Positions 27,011 to 40,748 are shown, numbered from the stretch's first letter. The stretch is 64,000 nt of DNA from Octopus vulgaris (GCA_951406725.2 OX597815.1:18600001-18664000); one strand, 5' to 3'. Program-made: numbers and translations. Notes: generated by a model from the sequence alone, not told the origin.

Positions 27011-28059
27011 TCTATGACTAATATTGATTATTTAACATGATGATGTTTAACCAACATATAATACCAATATATTTGTGAGAGGTGTCAGGATAATTTAAAT
27101 GCCACTGGTATTGCTGAATCAGTGAGGTAGCTTGATGAGAGACTAGCTAGAAAAGGGAGCAATTTAATCTTGGAATATAAAATCGGTCTTGGATCATAGG
27201 TGTAATCGATCTGGACCTCGACTAGAATTTTTGCGTAAATTTCGGGAGTTGAGTCTGACAGGTTTTGTATTCAGCGCTTAAACTATTACAGTTCAATTAC
27301 CCAAAGAATTTCGTGAGAAGTCTGATTCCGCTACTTGATCTGCCATAAAAAAAAAACAAAAAAACAAACAAAAAAAACCGTGTCCCCTTCCAATACGCCC
27401 AGTCGTCTTAAATTTATACATAAAAAAAAAACATTCGATATTGTAGGTCTAGATATTTCATGTATGTATAAACAGACGTTTTGGTTATAGTAAAACGTCT
27501 ACTGAAAGACATTTCACGTTAGCTTAACAACAACAACACATATGATAATCTCTTCGGTGTTGTTTCACTAGAACAACTTTCACAATTGGTCTGCACGCTC
27601 GTGACTGAACCACGACAACACAAAATAATAAGGCATAAATCTGGTTTCTAAACAATTAGTCGCTGAATCAAAAAACCGATCCATTATATAAAATATATTT
27701 GGAATGCGCACTCTATAACTCTAAATCTGATGGAAAATTTATAATAGCAGTAATTGGGAAAAGAAAAGCTTATATTTCATGACACTGGTAGGTTGCTGTG
27801 TAAAATACTTATAACGAATCGTTTTATGAATGCTGAAGTATACGGGAGGCCACTTTATATATTGCAACTTGTTTACTTCAATCCCTAATGAAATCGCTGT
27901 AATAACATCGCCACATATTATCTCTTTTGTATAGTTCTAGGTTATTCACGTATGCAATTTCATTATCGAGTAAATATTCCTGAGACAACACAAAGTATTC
28001 AAAGTACTGTGAATAATCCTTCACCGTATGATTGGTTGTTGACAGATAAAGAAGGATTC

Positions 28060-28106
28060 ATATATACGTACATATATGTACATACATACACATATATATG
28101 TACATA

Positions 28107-28151
<45 letters not shown>

Positions 28152-28304
28152 ATACATACACATATATGTATATATATATATACATGTATATATATATGTA
28201 TATATATATATATATATATACTTTATAATATATACATATATACATATATATATATATAGATATATACATATATATATATATATATACATATATATATACA
28301 TGTG

Positions 28305-28342
<38 letters not shown>

Positions 28343-28386
28343 ACATGTATATATATATGTATATATATATATATATATATTTATAT

Positions 28387-28435
<49 letters not shown>
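28060..28435. repeat. Compound (TA)/(CA) microsatellite
   Basis: Direct inspection. It generates the spurious poly-YI ORFs. Confidence 0.95.
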
Positions 28436-28439
<4 letters not shown>

Positions 28440-28740
28440 TATATGGGTACAGGACGTCACAAAACGTAAACAACATGAAATACGAAGACAAATTTGGGTA
28501 TGGAAATAGCAAGAGAAACAAATGGAAAACAAGACAAAGAACATAAAGAACGACCCTTCATCAGTTGTCGGCTGTCCATCTACTCTTCATTTCGAGCATT
28601 TAACGATATTATGAGGCTTCGAAAGGCAGCTGCTCCAGCGAACCAAAATAAAATTTGGGATTTACGGAAGGTCAAAGCTGGTAACAAAATCAGGATGGTG
28701 GAGACATACAACAAACCAAACGATCTGTGAGATATTTTAT
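28436..28740 (-). mobile_element. Microsatellite-associated interspersed repeat (possibly PLE-derived)
   Basis: The terminus gcatatatgggtacaggacgtcacaaaacgtaaacaacatgaaatacgaagaca is identical at 34629-34682. Both copies abut dinucleotide arrays. Confidence 0.55.
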
Positions 28741-28967
28741 TTTTCAAGTTACGTGTCTATGCTTTACAGGCTTGCTGCTTGAATCTCGATTGATTGGTCT
28801 CAGTACTGTATGTATGTATGTATGTATGTATGTATGTATGTATGTATGTATGTATGTATGTATGTATGTATGTATGTATGTATGTATGTATGTATGTATG
28901 TATGTAGGTATGTATGTATGTATGTATGTATGTATGTGTGTATGCATTATTATGTATGTATGTATGT

Positions 28968-29180
28968 ATAGGGAGAGTTTAAGAAAAAAAAACAAAAAAC
29001 AAAAGACAAAGACAAGTGGTGTACAAAACAAACAGATGTATTAGTATAACGCTCAGGAATAGATAAAGTCTTTTACGTTTCGAGCCTACGCTCTTCTACA
29101 GAAAGGGACTCAGAAAAACCAAGGAGAGAAAAAAGGAGAGAAAAAATGTGTGTAATGGCTAATGATCTATTATGGTGACT
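28968..29180 (-). mobile_element. Short PLE-like insertion in a (TATG)n array with a hammerhead-like motif
   Basis: Flanked by TATG repeats and contains the motif at 29070-29105. Confidence 0.55.
29070..29105 (-). ncRNA. Variant minimal hammerhead motif
   Basis: CUUU-CUGUAGA-A-GAGC-GUAG-GCUC-GAAA-CG-UA-AAAG. Helices I and II pair perfectly and helix III is palindromic (ACGU). The core has A6U and an extra A. Confidence 0.55.
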
Positions 29181-29778
29181 GTATGTATATATGTATGCAC
29201 GCATGCATGTATGTTATCCAGAATTAATCACTAATGCAGTGTTATGTATAGAAAATATAGCACACACGTTGCCGTTGATAGGATTTATGAGGACATAGTG
29301 AAAATACATTCAAAATAGAATACAAATATTTGTTTTTTCCATTAACTGGTGCAGCTAATTTCGCATATCGACTTCGGAGTTTCTCAAAATTGAGCATTAG
29401 CCTTGAATATCCACAGAAATAGTACACATATAGGGCAGTGGTTGAAGAAAAAGGATCGAACGTTTCTCCTAGAAATTTGATATTCTCATATGAGCACTAG
29501 ACTCTGCGAATAAGAGGTGCCAAATGTTATTCTTTTGTCGTCACAGTATGAGTCGGTAGTTAATTTTCGAATTAGTACGGGACAACGTCGTTTCCCGTAA
29601 AGTCAACTGACTGTCGTTATCTTCTGTCTGCTCATCATAAAAGTAACCAGCATCAACTTACAAAGAATGATGTTGCAATGTCAACAGCTCTTGCTCGAAC
29701 ATGTTCTGACCATGTAGCCAGTCACTACTGAAGAATGAGAGTTGCCTTATTTCATGTTTTCTAGTAGCCTTAATTTGT

Positions 29779-30035
29779 GGAGGCACGTGGCTTAGTGGTT
29801 AGGCTGTCGGCATCATGATCGTGAGATTGTGGTTTCGATTCCTGGACCGGGCGACGCATTGTGTTCTTGAGCAAAACACTTCATTTCACGTTGCTCCAGT
29901 CCACTCAGCTGGCAAAAATGAGTAACGCTGCGATGGACTGGCGTCCCGTCCAGCTGGGGAACACATACGCCATTTAAACCGGGAAACCGGGCCCATGAGC
30001 CTGGCTAGGCTTTAAAATGGCGCATTTGATTTGAA
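29779..30035 (+). mobile_element. SINE family C (alternative tail)
   Basis: Same head and centre as the 4314 copy, with tail CTGCGATGGACTGGCGTCCCGTCCAG. Confidence 0.8.
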
Positions 30036-30377
30036 GTAACCTAGATTACGCGGAGAAGAATCAGCTTCTGCTTTAATGTCTAAACTGTAACACTTATACT
30101 GTAAAAACTTTCACTCGTTTGATGTACGAAAATAGCTATATAAAATCACACATATGTGTGCGTATAAATCTACGTTTGCATGTTTGCATGTATGTATGGG
30201 CGTATGATTGTGTGTTCGTGTGCATGCGTGTGTGCTAATGTATGCGTGTATGCGTCAACACGTTTATGTATCACGCGTTGGCAGAGTTATAAAATGCTCA
30301 CCATGTTGACACAATATACCTAAACTCGTATCTAAAATGAGTGTATATGTCTGAATTTAATATTATATAGATGGGAA

Positions 30378-31301
30378 TCTCTCTATATATAAACGGCAGT
30401 TTGTCTGTGCGTGTTTCTGTGTGTCTGTTTGCTTGTACCCTCACCCTGACCACGGCTTTCAACCGATTCTGATGAAACTTGACACACACATAGCCCAATG
30501 TCATAATTCAAAACTAACGCAGCCAAAATTTTTGAAAAGTTTCCCCAGTTCTGAAAAAAATCGATAAATTCGACATGGGGTCGAGAATCAGAAACACGAA
30601 CCACAAACTGTCTAGGGGACGCAACTCCATCCTTTTTTAACTCTCAAAAAAAATTTACCATCATTTTTTTCCATTTTTTTGCTATTTTTTGGCTATAACT
30701 CTCTAAAAATGCTTTATAGTTATTTCCCTTACAAACCTGAGCAACGCCGGGCGATACTGCTAGCCCAATGTCATAATTCAAAACTAACGCAGCCAAAATT
30801 TTGAAAAGTTTCCCCAGTTCTGAAAAAAATCGATAAATTCGACATGGGGTCGAGAATCAGAAACACGAACCACAAACTGTCTAGGGGACGCAACTCCATC
30901 CTTTTTTAACTCTCAAAAAAAATTTACCATCATTTTTTTCCATTTTTTTGCTATTTTTTGGCTATAACTCTCTAAAAATGCTTTATAGTTATTTCCCTTA
31001 CAAACCTGAGCAACGCCGGGCGATACTGCTAGCCCAATGTCATAATTCAAAACTAACGCAGCCAAAATTTTGAAATGTTTCCCCAGTTCTGAAAAAAATC
31101 GATGAATTCGACATGGGGTCGAGAATCAGAAACACGAACCACAAACTGTCTAGGGGACGCAACTCCATCCTTTTTTAACTCTCAAAAAAAATTTACCATC
31201 ATTTTTTTCCATTTTTTTGCTATTTTTTGGCTATAACTCTCTAAAAATGCTTTATAGTTATTTCCCTTACAAACCTGAGCAACGCCGGGCGATACTGCTA
31301 G
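30378..31301 (+). mobile_element. Non-autonomous Helitron with triplicated 3' segment
   Basis: A|TC start, CTAG|T end and subterminal hairpin CCTGAGCAACGCCGGG. The ~270-bp units start at 30491, 30761 and 31030. Confidence 0.85.
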
Positions 31302-33708
31302 TACTATATAAATGGGAATATTTTAATCTCAGGTAATAAATTGTTATATATTAATTAATTAGAAGGCTATTGCTTTATGCAAAGTAATAGAATTTAACAC
31401 CGTATTATTCTCTGATATGTATAAATTATTTGCTCATAATTCAAATATCATTGTAGAGAAAATTATATTTTGTACAACTTGGAGTGGAACTTTTGATATT
31501 GTTGTTCTTACTAACCTCTACACCAGCAGGCCTATGATTATCACTGTTGTTCCAGTTATGACCATCCTGCTTATTTTTCGAGCATAATTTATCCAAGTAT
31601 ACAGTATGAAATAAGACGTCTTTCGACTTATGTGACAATGGGTGCAATTTCTATTTCCCACACGCAGGATGGCTACGTAAAGGTTCTCGTTAACTGGTGG
31701 TCTTAATACACAAGGATGTTAGCAGACCGAACTAAATGCATCGTTTATATAGTTTTCTCCCTCTACACTCTAGCTTTCAAAGCAGGTATTATCGACTTCG
31801 ACTTTTATGTATAGTCGTTAAAGTAAACTTTAGTGACTCCTTAGAGACTATTCAATTGAATATAATTCGCTATAATTTGTGATTACATCGATATATTAAA
31901 TACAGAATACATTTGTATATTTTAAATTAAATATTGACACTGGCTAAACGGTATGACGAAAAAGAATAACAATCTAGAGATAAGTGATACTAGCTCTCAC
32001 TTTGCTTCTTTTCTCTTAGCTTCTTTCAGTCGGTTTCTACACTTTGCTTAAAACATACAAATATGTACTATCATCAAATCCTTGCTATAGTATCGATTAA
32101 GAAATAAAGATATTAAGTAACTAGCCAGTCAATGAATACTTCTTCTAAATAAACATACAGACATGTTATATTCTAATATACGCTGCAGTTATATACGTGA
32201 AACGATTCATATATTTTTCCAATCCTGCAACTCGCATTTCGATAAAAGCGCTTTTATTAAAATATATAAATGTCCAGTAAAGTACGGTGATATATTTCTG
32301 GTGGAAAATAAACATATATTGTTTTAATTTTCTTTCTTCTTCTTCTTTTTTTAATTCTTTTCTATTCATATATTTTCCTCTAATGTTTTTCCTCTAATTA
32401 TCCATTACTCATTCTTGCAACTTTTTACATGAAACCCCATTCAGGAAAAACACTTCGGAAACAGTTGGGGTTGTCAGATTTCTATCATATTCGATTCTAG
32501 CATAATAACCTACTTTACGTTGACAATGAATGTTCAATATTATGTCGTTTCTATATGTAAGCAGAAATGCGAATACTGAATAATAATGTATTTAAAAATT
32601 ATGCACGTAAAATACGGAAGCATTTTTTTCTTTTTTTTTTTTTATAGAATTAATAACCTTCCTAACTTTATTCTATCACTTCAATTCCCTTTAATAATTC
32701 GCTTAAGCTTTCAATTTTAACTCAGTGAATTCATTTTAATGCATTTCATTTTCCAAAATGGTTCTGAACAAAAGGAAGCATCAATAGAATTAGATTCTAC
32801 TTTAACCTGGAACTTTGTTATTAATGACAAGTAGACGTACAACATGGAACCCATTATAAAAATATTCTATGTCATTATGATTACAAACAAAATAAGTTCG
32901 TACAAAAAACAACAAAAATATTATATAGTCCTATATTGACATTAAGCATTTATGAAAGAGTTTAGGAAATCATCGATCATTAAAAGCTTCAAAACATTAG
33001 TGTGAAACAGCACTGTATTTCGCATTGATAAAACTTACATTATAAGTGGAGGGATTCTAGAAATATTTCCAATGGTGTGTAGCGGATGAATATGTCTACA
33101 CGAGGACATAAAATAAGACAAAAAAAATAGGATTGCGGTGTTTTCTTACATCAAACAAATATATCAAATACATAACTTATTTACGTATATATATATATAC
33201 AGATGTAGGCATGTGTTTCAATATATAAATATGTATATATGTATGTTTATATGTGTCCAAGTATATGTTGAGCCACAACAACCACAATTAAATAATTCCT
33301 ACAACTCTAGATATTATAAAAGTAGAGTCGAAACGAATTATGCATTTGAAATTTCTTCTCAGTTCACTATGAGTGCGATCGCATAATGCAGTTCTATGCT
33401 GTCTTTTAACCATTCTATTTTACCATATATATAAGTTCAGCAAAATTTGGATTCAGATGAATATGGTACTTAAGTCAAAGGCACCACAATTTTATATGGA
33501 ATTATCCATATAAATCCATGGGGTGATTATCAAAATAAGCAACAAATATATCCAAGGTAATGTGGTACGATCGTTTCATGCTACTTCCTTTTATTAAACA
33601 CTGTAAGCATTACGTCAGTTTGAAAATGTCGAGCAATCTTCAGCCACCTTTATATATATATATAACGAAATGTAGTGCTAAGTAGTTTTTAGGCATCAGT
33701 AAAATTTA

Positions 33709-34011
33709 GGTTAGTTAAAATATGCTTGTGACATTTCAACTACTAAAAGGCAAATTCACTGGAGTTACTAGAGAGCAAATATTTCTCTTATGGTAGAAAT
33801 GTGTGAAAACACGTTATTTGTTCACTGTCGCCATCTATCTGGAATCTCAGACATCGATGTTTCATGTTTCTTCTCTCTTATCAATGGGATGTAGATAAGA
33901 GAGGCAACACTAAACAAACTTATATAAATTTTGCTTATGCCTAAATTGTTTGGCGCTAACATTTCGCTATTTTAGTAGTTGAAATATGTCACAAATATAT
34001 TTTAAGTAACC
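33709..34011. mobile_element. MITE with ~50-bp imperfect TIRs and TA flanks
   Basis: Termini are ggttagttaaaatatgcttgtgacatttcaactactaaaa and ttttagtagttgaaatatgtcacaaatatattttaagtaacc. Confidence 0.7.
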
Positions 34012-34190
34012 TAGTGTTCACTTCCGGACTCTCTCACTCTGTGAGAGTTTCAGTTCGAATCGCACGTGTCTCGAATGGGCTGGAGAATTTCTATTTTGGA
34101 TATATTTGGGGTACTTAATTGTGCTCATGACTTAGTGTTTGCTTCTCCATGGGTATGAGTGAGTATTTCATTTATTTCTTTGCCGCATTT

Positions 34191-34240
34191 AACACTACGA
34201 AGGGAAGGTTCTTATGAACTAACCCTGAAATCGGTCCGAT
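34191..34240 (+). ncRNA. Decayed hammerhead motif
   Basis: CU-ACGA (G lost), AGGG-aa-GGUUC-uuau-GAACU-aa-CCCU, GAAA, UCGG-UC. Helix I is eroded. Confidence 0.4.
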
Positions 34241-34433
34241 ATGGTAATAATGGAATTTTTTAGAAATTTCCGCCAACCTTTTCCGAGTAACGTGCTTATT
34301 GTGATAAATTTTATGGTTATGGACAATGTGTCTTATTTCGGCATATTTGGCATTAGAAATCTTTTCGTTTGCCCTTATTTATAAGTTATATATATATCTA
34401 TGCAAATATACATATATGTACATACACACATAA

Positions 34434-34469
<36 letters not shown>

Positions 34470-34527
34470 TGTATGTATGTATGTATGTATGTATGTATGT
34501 ATGTATGTATGTATGTATGTATGCATG

Positions 34528-34617
<90 letters not shown>

Positions 34618-34682
34618 TGTGTGTGTGTGCATATATGGGTACAGGACGTCACAAAACGTAAACAACATGAAATACGAAGACA

Positions 34683-35937
34683 TACGAGATGGTATCAAAA
34701 GGTTCCCAAACTAGTTATGTATCGTGCCGATAGAAGGTTGCGTGTGTTGTGACAGTTAGCTTCCTGAGGCAGTGAGCCGAGTGACATTACTGTGTTTACA
34801 TAGCAAGTTGTGAAATTTGTGTTTTTGTGATGACGTGTATGCTGTAGTCTGCGATTTTGTCATGGACAGGAAGTTAGAACGAAGAATCGTCGTAAAATTT
34901 GGCGTTAAAATTGGGACATCTGCAACAGAGACATTGTGGATGCTTCGGCAGGCTTACGGCGACTAGGCAATGAATCGTACGCAATATTTCGAGTGTCATG
35001 TGCTCTTCGAATGTGGAAGAACGTCACTGGGAGACGATGAGCGATTTGGAAAACCTGCCACGAGCATGAGGATGGGAGGAGGACAATCAACGACGCTGTT
35101 AATGATATTGGTCTATTGTATGTGTCCGAGCAGGCGATTCTAACTTCTGAATTGAACGTGAAGCGTGTCTCTATCATGTTTGCACCCCGTCTGCTGACCA
35201 CTGAGCTGACAGAACATCACGTTGAAGTCTGTCTCGACAATCGTCAGCATGTCACTAATTACCCATCGCCGCTGAGGAGAGTTGGGTCTAATGATATGAC
35301 CCCGAGAAGAAGTAGCAGTCGTCACATTGGAAGAGGCTTTCATCTCCACTACCGAAGAAAGCATGATAGAGCTTTTCAATCTAGCACATGCTCTTCGTTT
35401 TTCTTTTTTTTTCGACATCCGCAATATTGTGCCTCAAGAATTCGACCGCCAGAGCCTGACCGTTAACCGAGAGTTCTACTGTGACGTTTTGAAGTGTTTG
35501 AGGGAGGTCATTCGGTGAAAGCGACCGGCTCTGTGGAGTGCAAAGAATTGGATTCCTCCCGACCACGATGCACTCCGTCACCGAGCTCTTCTCATTCGTC
35601 AGCTACTCTTCAAAAATAATATTGTATTGTTTATTTACCCGCCCTATTCGCCAGATTTAGCACCTGCTGACTTCCATCTCTTTCCCAAAATGAAAATGCA
35701 GCTCAAAGGTCACCGTTTTAGCACCGTTGTTGAGATCCAGAGAAAATCGCAGATTGTCCTCGACTCACTTACAGAAAACGCGACATCCAGGCCGGATTCC
35801 AAAAGTGGAAGGAATGCTGGGTCCGGTGTATTGCTGTGCAAGGTGACTATTTCGCAGGAGATAATGTTAAAACTGAGGTAAATAAGTTAATTTTTATTAA
35901 ACATAACTAGTCCGGGAATTTTTGATATCACGATGTA
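34683..35937 (+). mobile_element. Decayed mariner (Tc1/mariner) transposon
   Basis: Imperfect TIRs (tacgagatggtatcaaaaggttcccaaactagttatgt / acataactagtccgggaatttttgatatcacgatgta). Translations MDRKLERRIVVKFGVKIG and YPPYSPDLAPADFHLFPKMK. Confidence 0.9.
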
Positions 35938-35944
35938 ACACAGA

Positions 35945-36390
35945 ACAAATTCCCATGATATCAAGAAGACCTCAGAAAAATAGTTTCGTTTGGTGATACG
36001 GGCTTAAAAAAAACCTAAATCCAAACTGCCCCATCTGAAACAAAGGCTCACAGCTACAGCTGGAATCCTAAGATATGAATCTACAGAATTTCAACGAGAA
36101 ATTCTCAATAAATTGTCTGTAAGTTATCCGAAATCAGTTTATCAAGCGAAAGACTGAATCTCTGTAAAAGACAAATCAACAAAAGATCAGGTTGAGGGCT
36201 CTTGGAGACATATATTGGAAACAAATGAGGAATTCACTTAGCAAGCTGTATGGCTAAACAAAGTGGAGCCGGACGACTGCCGGTACATTCATCAAAAATG
36301 ATATGCATTAGACTGTGAAATACCGAAAGCAGGTCTACAGAAAATGTCAAAGAGGAAATCCCAAGGACCAGACATTGTAACAGGTTACAT
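35945..36390 (+). mobile_element. R4-like non-LTR retrotransposon fragment (pre-RT region)
   Basis: VEGSWRHILETNEEFT*QAVWLNKVE ... KRKSQGPDIVTGY, a decayed KSPGPD motif. Confidence 0.5.
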
Positions 36391-38394
36391 GTAATTACAG
36401 TGTAATATGTGAGACTGCGAAAATCTGCAAGACTTTCTTAATATCTAAAGGATGATGAACAAAACAAGGTGCTTTCCTTCACAACCTTACTAGCAAGTAG
36501 GGAGCCCGTCACAATTCATTCTAAATTATAAACGGAAAGAGAATAACATACATGGCACCATTTATTCAACATTTTGTCGTCTAAAGAATTTCATGCAAGG
36601 AGAGAAATTGAGTTGGGTCACACACACAGGCTGGTACATACATACATACATACATACATACATACATAATACAGACATACATACATTTCATGTACATGCA
36701 TGTATGGACGTCTGGTGTATTCGTTGCTTTCTGTCGAAGTGTATATGCGCGTGTGTATAAATATGCTGACGTAAGACTAGTTTATTAAAACATGGAAATT
36801 TTATGACTTAACGTGTTTCGAATATAATCTTTTTAATAAACTGCATTGCTCTCATAGATTAAAATAGGAAATATGTACTATATGTTGATTAAATAGAATG
36901 AACATTTACGTTGAAAATTTAAAATTCCTTATAAGCCATTTGTTATTTTTAGAAAAAAAAAGATTATTCTCATACATAAATGTTTATTATCCTATATTTT
37001 ATGAAAGTTTATTATATGAAGGAATAATGATTATATTATATTCAACTGAATCCAGGTAGAGTAATTAAGAAAATGGAGGATTTTATTCAGTAAAATTGAA
37101 AAGGAAATACAGAACTGGTTTTCGTGATGGATATGAAATTAACCAACAGTTTAATGTTAGCTGTTATATAAATAGTGAATATTAATATGCAGTCTCTAGT
37201 GAAGCCATGATGTGAATAAATGCTTTAATATTCCTTTGTATAATATTTACGAATAATCAAGCTTAATATTCGCTAAAGCACAATGCTTTCCCTAGTACGG
37301 AGTCAGTAATATTATTTTTTACTACTTTCATGGGGCACACTGTTCATTAGTTTTTGCCGATCATATCGACTCCAAGTCTTTGTCTACTTCAAATTTGATT
37401 AATCAGTTAAGAGACAAAAATGCAGCTATACCATTATTGAAATGGATATAAATTAGACAGAACTAAAGACCATAAGGTATGTTAGACTGACGCATCGATT
37501 TTGATCATCCTTAGTCGACAAACACACAGTTTCTATAAATTTTCTTTCTACTATATATTACAAGTGTTTGATTGATTCGACAGTCTTGTTGCAGTGTGGT
37601 TGAGCACGAACCACATGATTCATAAGTAAGCATATACCTCCATATGTATGTACAAGCAAATATCTATCTAAAGTAAATCCAACAATACCTATGTGAAAAT
37701 TAAAATTAAAAACTAGTCTTTATCAATGAAATATTTTCGCCATGATAAAAACGAGTTAGCTCGTTAGCCAGTGAAACATAAGGGCAAAACATCATTCACA
37801 GGTAGTAACCTGTGAATAAAAGAGCGACTTTAGATAACAGAAACTAGAAACACAATCTGAAAAATATATGGAGTTAGGAGAAGCCGGAATGCTATTATTT
37901 ATCTGTGCGTCAACTCTCCTAGGGTTGACACGGGATCACAAAGAAACAGTAATACTCTTAATATTTACACTCTTATTCATTTATCTGTATTAATTAACCA
38001 TAAAATTACGCGGATATTTATATTGCCTAATATATGTATGTATGTATGTATGACTTAAACGATATGCAAAGGTACATGAAGCCCAGTTACAACTACAGCC
38101 GACTATTACCAGTGAAGGTTTTAGTTGCCAATTCTGTACAAGACATTGTGGATCTTTAGCTGGGTTAAAAAGACACATTCGATCACAGCACCAGTAACAG
38201 TTAAGCTTCGTGCAATGGCCATACTCGATAACGAGGGGCAGCCATTATGTATGTATGTATGTATGTATGTATGCATGTATGTATGTACGCACGTATGTAC
38301 GTACGTATGTATGTGTGTATGTATGTATGTATTATGTATATATGTATATTCTAACATTGTAAAACTTACAAAGGCCATAAATCTCTGTTCCGAA

Positions 38395-39540
38395 TAGGAG
38401 AGCGGACTGAAAATTCGATAGGTTGACTATGACGAAGCGACACTAAAACTGTGAAATATTGCAAGCATTAATTTCAGTTCTTCTTATTAACAATTTCATT
38501 GTTTCTTTCCAGGTAAACTCGCATCTCTTTGTTCAGAGGAGACTTCTAAGTAACTCGCAGCCATTTCTGTTGAAAATGGACAAAATTTGGCATGATATAC
38601 CTGTAGAAAAAGGGCTTAGTCAAGGAGAAGGGAAAATCTTGAAGATGTCGCAAGGTTTGGATGTCCTGCAACTGCCACCACCGAGGAAAACATTGATCAT
38701 GTTCACCACATAGGCGATTGACTATAAAACAAGCAGCAAATGCTTTTATCATAACCCGTGAGAGAGTTATGATATTCTGCACAAAGAACTTGACATGACG
38801 AAGGTTTATACTCAGTAGGTACCACGTTTTCTGACACCTGATCAAAATCACACCAAGCTGATCACATGACAGGAAAATCCGACAATGAGCAAGTTCCAGC
38901 TGGTTTCCTTGAACGTTTTCTAACCAAGGATGAGTTTTGGAGTCATCATTCTCAGACAGAGACAAAATGAAACATGTCGCCTCACCAGCTCCGAACAAGG
39001 CCAAGGTAGTTTCGTTTTGCAGGGGAAGCAATAGCCTAAGTTTTTTGGGGTGCAAAAAGAACTGTGTATATTGAATATGTTCAAAAGGCTCACCTGACCG
39101 ATAGAAAATACTATGCCAGCTTCCTTAGGCGGTTAAGAAACGGCTGTAAATACCAAACGAGGAAACTTACAAAGAGTGAGGCAACTTGTTTCAACAAAAC
39201 AATGCTCCAGCACACAAGTACTTGGTTTCAATAGTTTCTGTACGTGACTGTGACTTTGAATCAGTTGATCACCCTCCCTATTCTCCTGATTTGGTCCCAT
39301 CTGATTATCATTTGTTCCCCTAGATGAAAAAACATATCACAGTGATGATAACGTCATATCAGCTGTTGATGGATTTTTTGCAAGTCAGGATAAAATCTTT
39401 TTCACCAAAGCGATCCAAGCATTGCATCATCGATGGAAGAATTCTATGGACTGCAAGGGATATTTCGATAAGATACCACTTTAGTCACATTCCGTGGGAG
39501 TATCTTAAGCAACCCATGAACCTTTCAGCCAACCCTCGAA
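38395..39540 (+). mobile_element. Decayed mariner transposon (second family)
   Basis: Translations MDKIWH, VPRFLTPDQ, FLERFLTKDEFW and HPPYSPDLVPSDYHLFP. Right TIR atgaacctttcagccaaccctcg. Confidence 0.85.
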
Positions 39541-39669
39541 GGCACTCAAAAATATTCGAGGTACGAATAAGGTTGTGGATATATTTCACATATGTTGAAA
39601 TACGCAAAACATTTAGAACTAGAATTATAATAGTAAAATATAGATATCTATAATGTAATTTTATCCCTG

Positions 39670-39900
39670 GATTGAAGATGCGAGAGATCAGTGGGAATTT
39701 CTGGAACGGTTAGTACCTAACTACCAAGAATATCGTCGACTGTATCTACAGCGAGGACCAAACACTGCAAAGAGCTTGGGGTTCAAATGCCCACCGTTGT
39801 TCAACGTTCTGCCGAAGGAATAAAGAGACACATACAATACGTTTTATATTAATAATCAGCTAAGATTCCAAGATGACTCAAGGGTCGAGAGATTCTCGCG
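39670..39900 (+). mobile_element. CR1-like LINE C-terminal fragment
   Basis: LERLVPNY and SLGFKCPPLFNVLPK, similar to 62370-62810. Confidence 0.55.
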
Positions 39901-40358
39901 TTACCATTTATCAATGCACGAAAATCTTGACCCCATGATTGACTCTGTAACCGCTACCGATTTTTAATAGAAACGCATATATATACTCATGTTTAGAGTT
40001 CTATTTTTCTAGTTGCACAACATGCATTTGGATATCTTCAGCAAAGAATTTGGCAATATCCTATCCATGGTAACAGATGAACCAACGATCCGTCATGAAG
40101 TACAGACGAAAGTGCAGTGTCAAATTCCTCCTTTCTGTAAATGAGCCAACAAACAAAGGAAAAGCACATGCATTAGTACTGATACGAAAGTCAACAATAC
40201 AGAATAAACCAACCTCACAAAAGTTCTATGGAAAGGGTAAAAAGCTAGGGTGGTACTCCAGCATGATCGAAGATGCATGGCTGATAAAAAGAAATAAATA
40301 TATCACCTAGTACGTTTCTTTGTGCAAAATATTCTACATATATATATATATACATATA

Positions 40359-40748
40359 CTCTCTTTTACCTGTTTCAGTCATTTGACTGCGGCCATGCTG
40401 GAGCACCACCTTTAATCGAGCAACTCGACCCCGGAACTTATTCTTTGTAAGCCCAGTACTTATTCTATCGGTCTCTTTTTGCCGAACCGCTAAGTGACGG
40501 GGACATAAACACACCAGCATCGGTTGTCAAGCCAATGCTAGGGGGACAAACACAGACACACAAACACACACACATACATATATACGACGGGCTTCTTTCA
40601 GTTTCCGTCTGCCAAATCCACTCACAAGGCTTTGGTCAGCCCGAGGCTATAGTAGAAGACACTTGCCCAAGGTGCCACGCAGTGGAGCTGAACCCGGAAC
40701 CATGTGGTTGGTAAACAAGCTACTTACCACACAGCCACTCCTGCGCCT
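40359..40748 (-). mobile_element. SINE family B
   Basis: Full-length homology to the other copies. Confidence 0.85.

Noticed and set aside
27952-28544. Long poly-YI/HT/CV ORFs (also at 12, 13, 34, 41 and 54 kb)
   Set aside because: These are translations of dinucleotide and tetranucleotide microsatellites.
28540-28600. CUGAUGA on the minus strand with a nearby CGAAA
   Set aside because: Helices II and III could not be built in a valid hammerhead order.
30465-30485. CTGATGAAAC inside the Helitron
   Set aside because: There is no helix II or III; this is part of the Helitron body.
30491-31301. CRISPR-like or satellite array
   Set aside because: There are no unique spacers, the context is eukaryotic, and the units are Helitron 3' ends.
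38546-39055. 169-aa minus-strand ORF
   Set aside because: It is the antisense shadow of the decayed mariner transposase.
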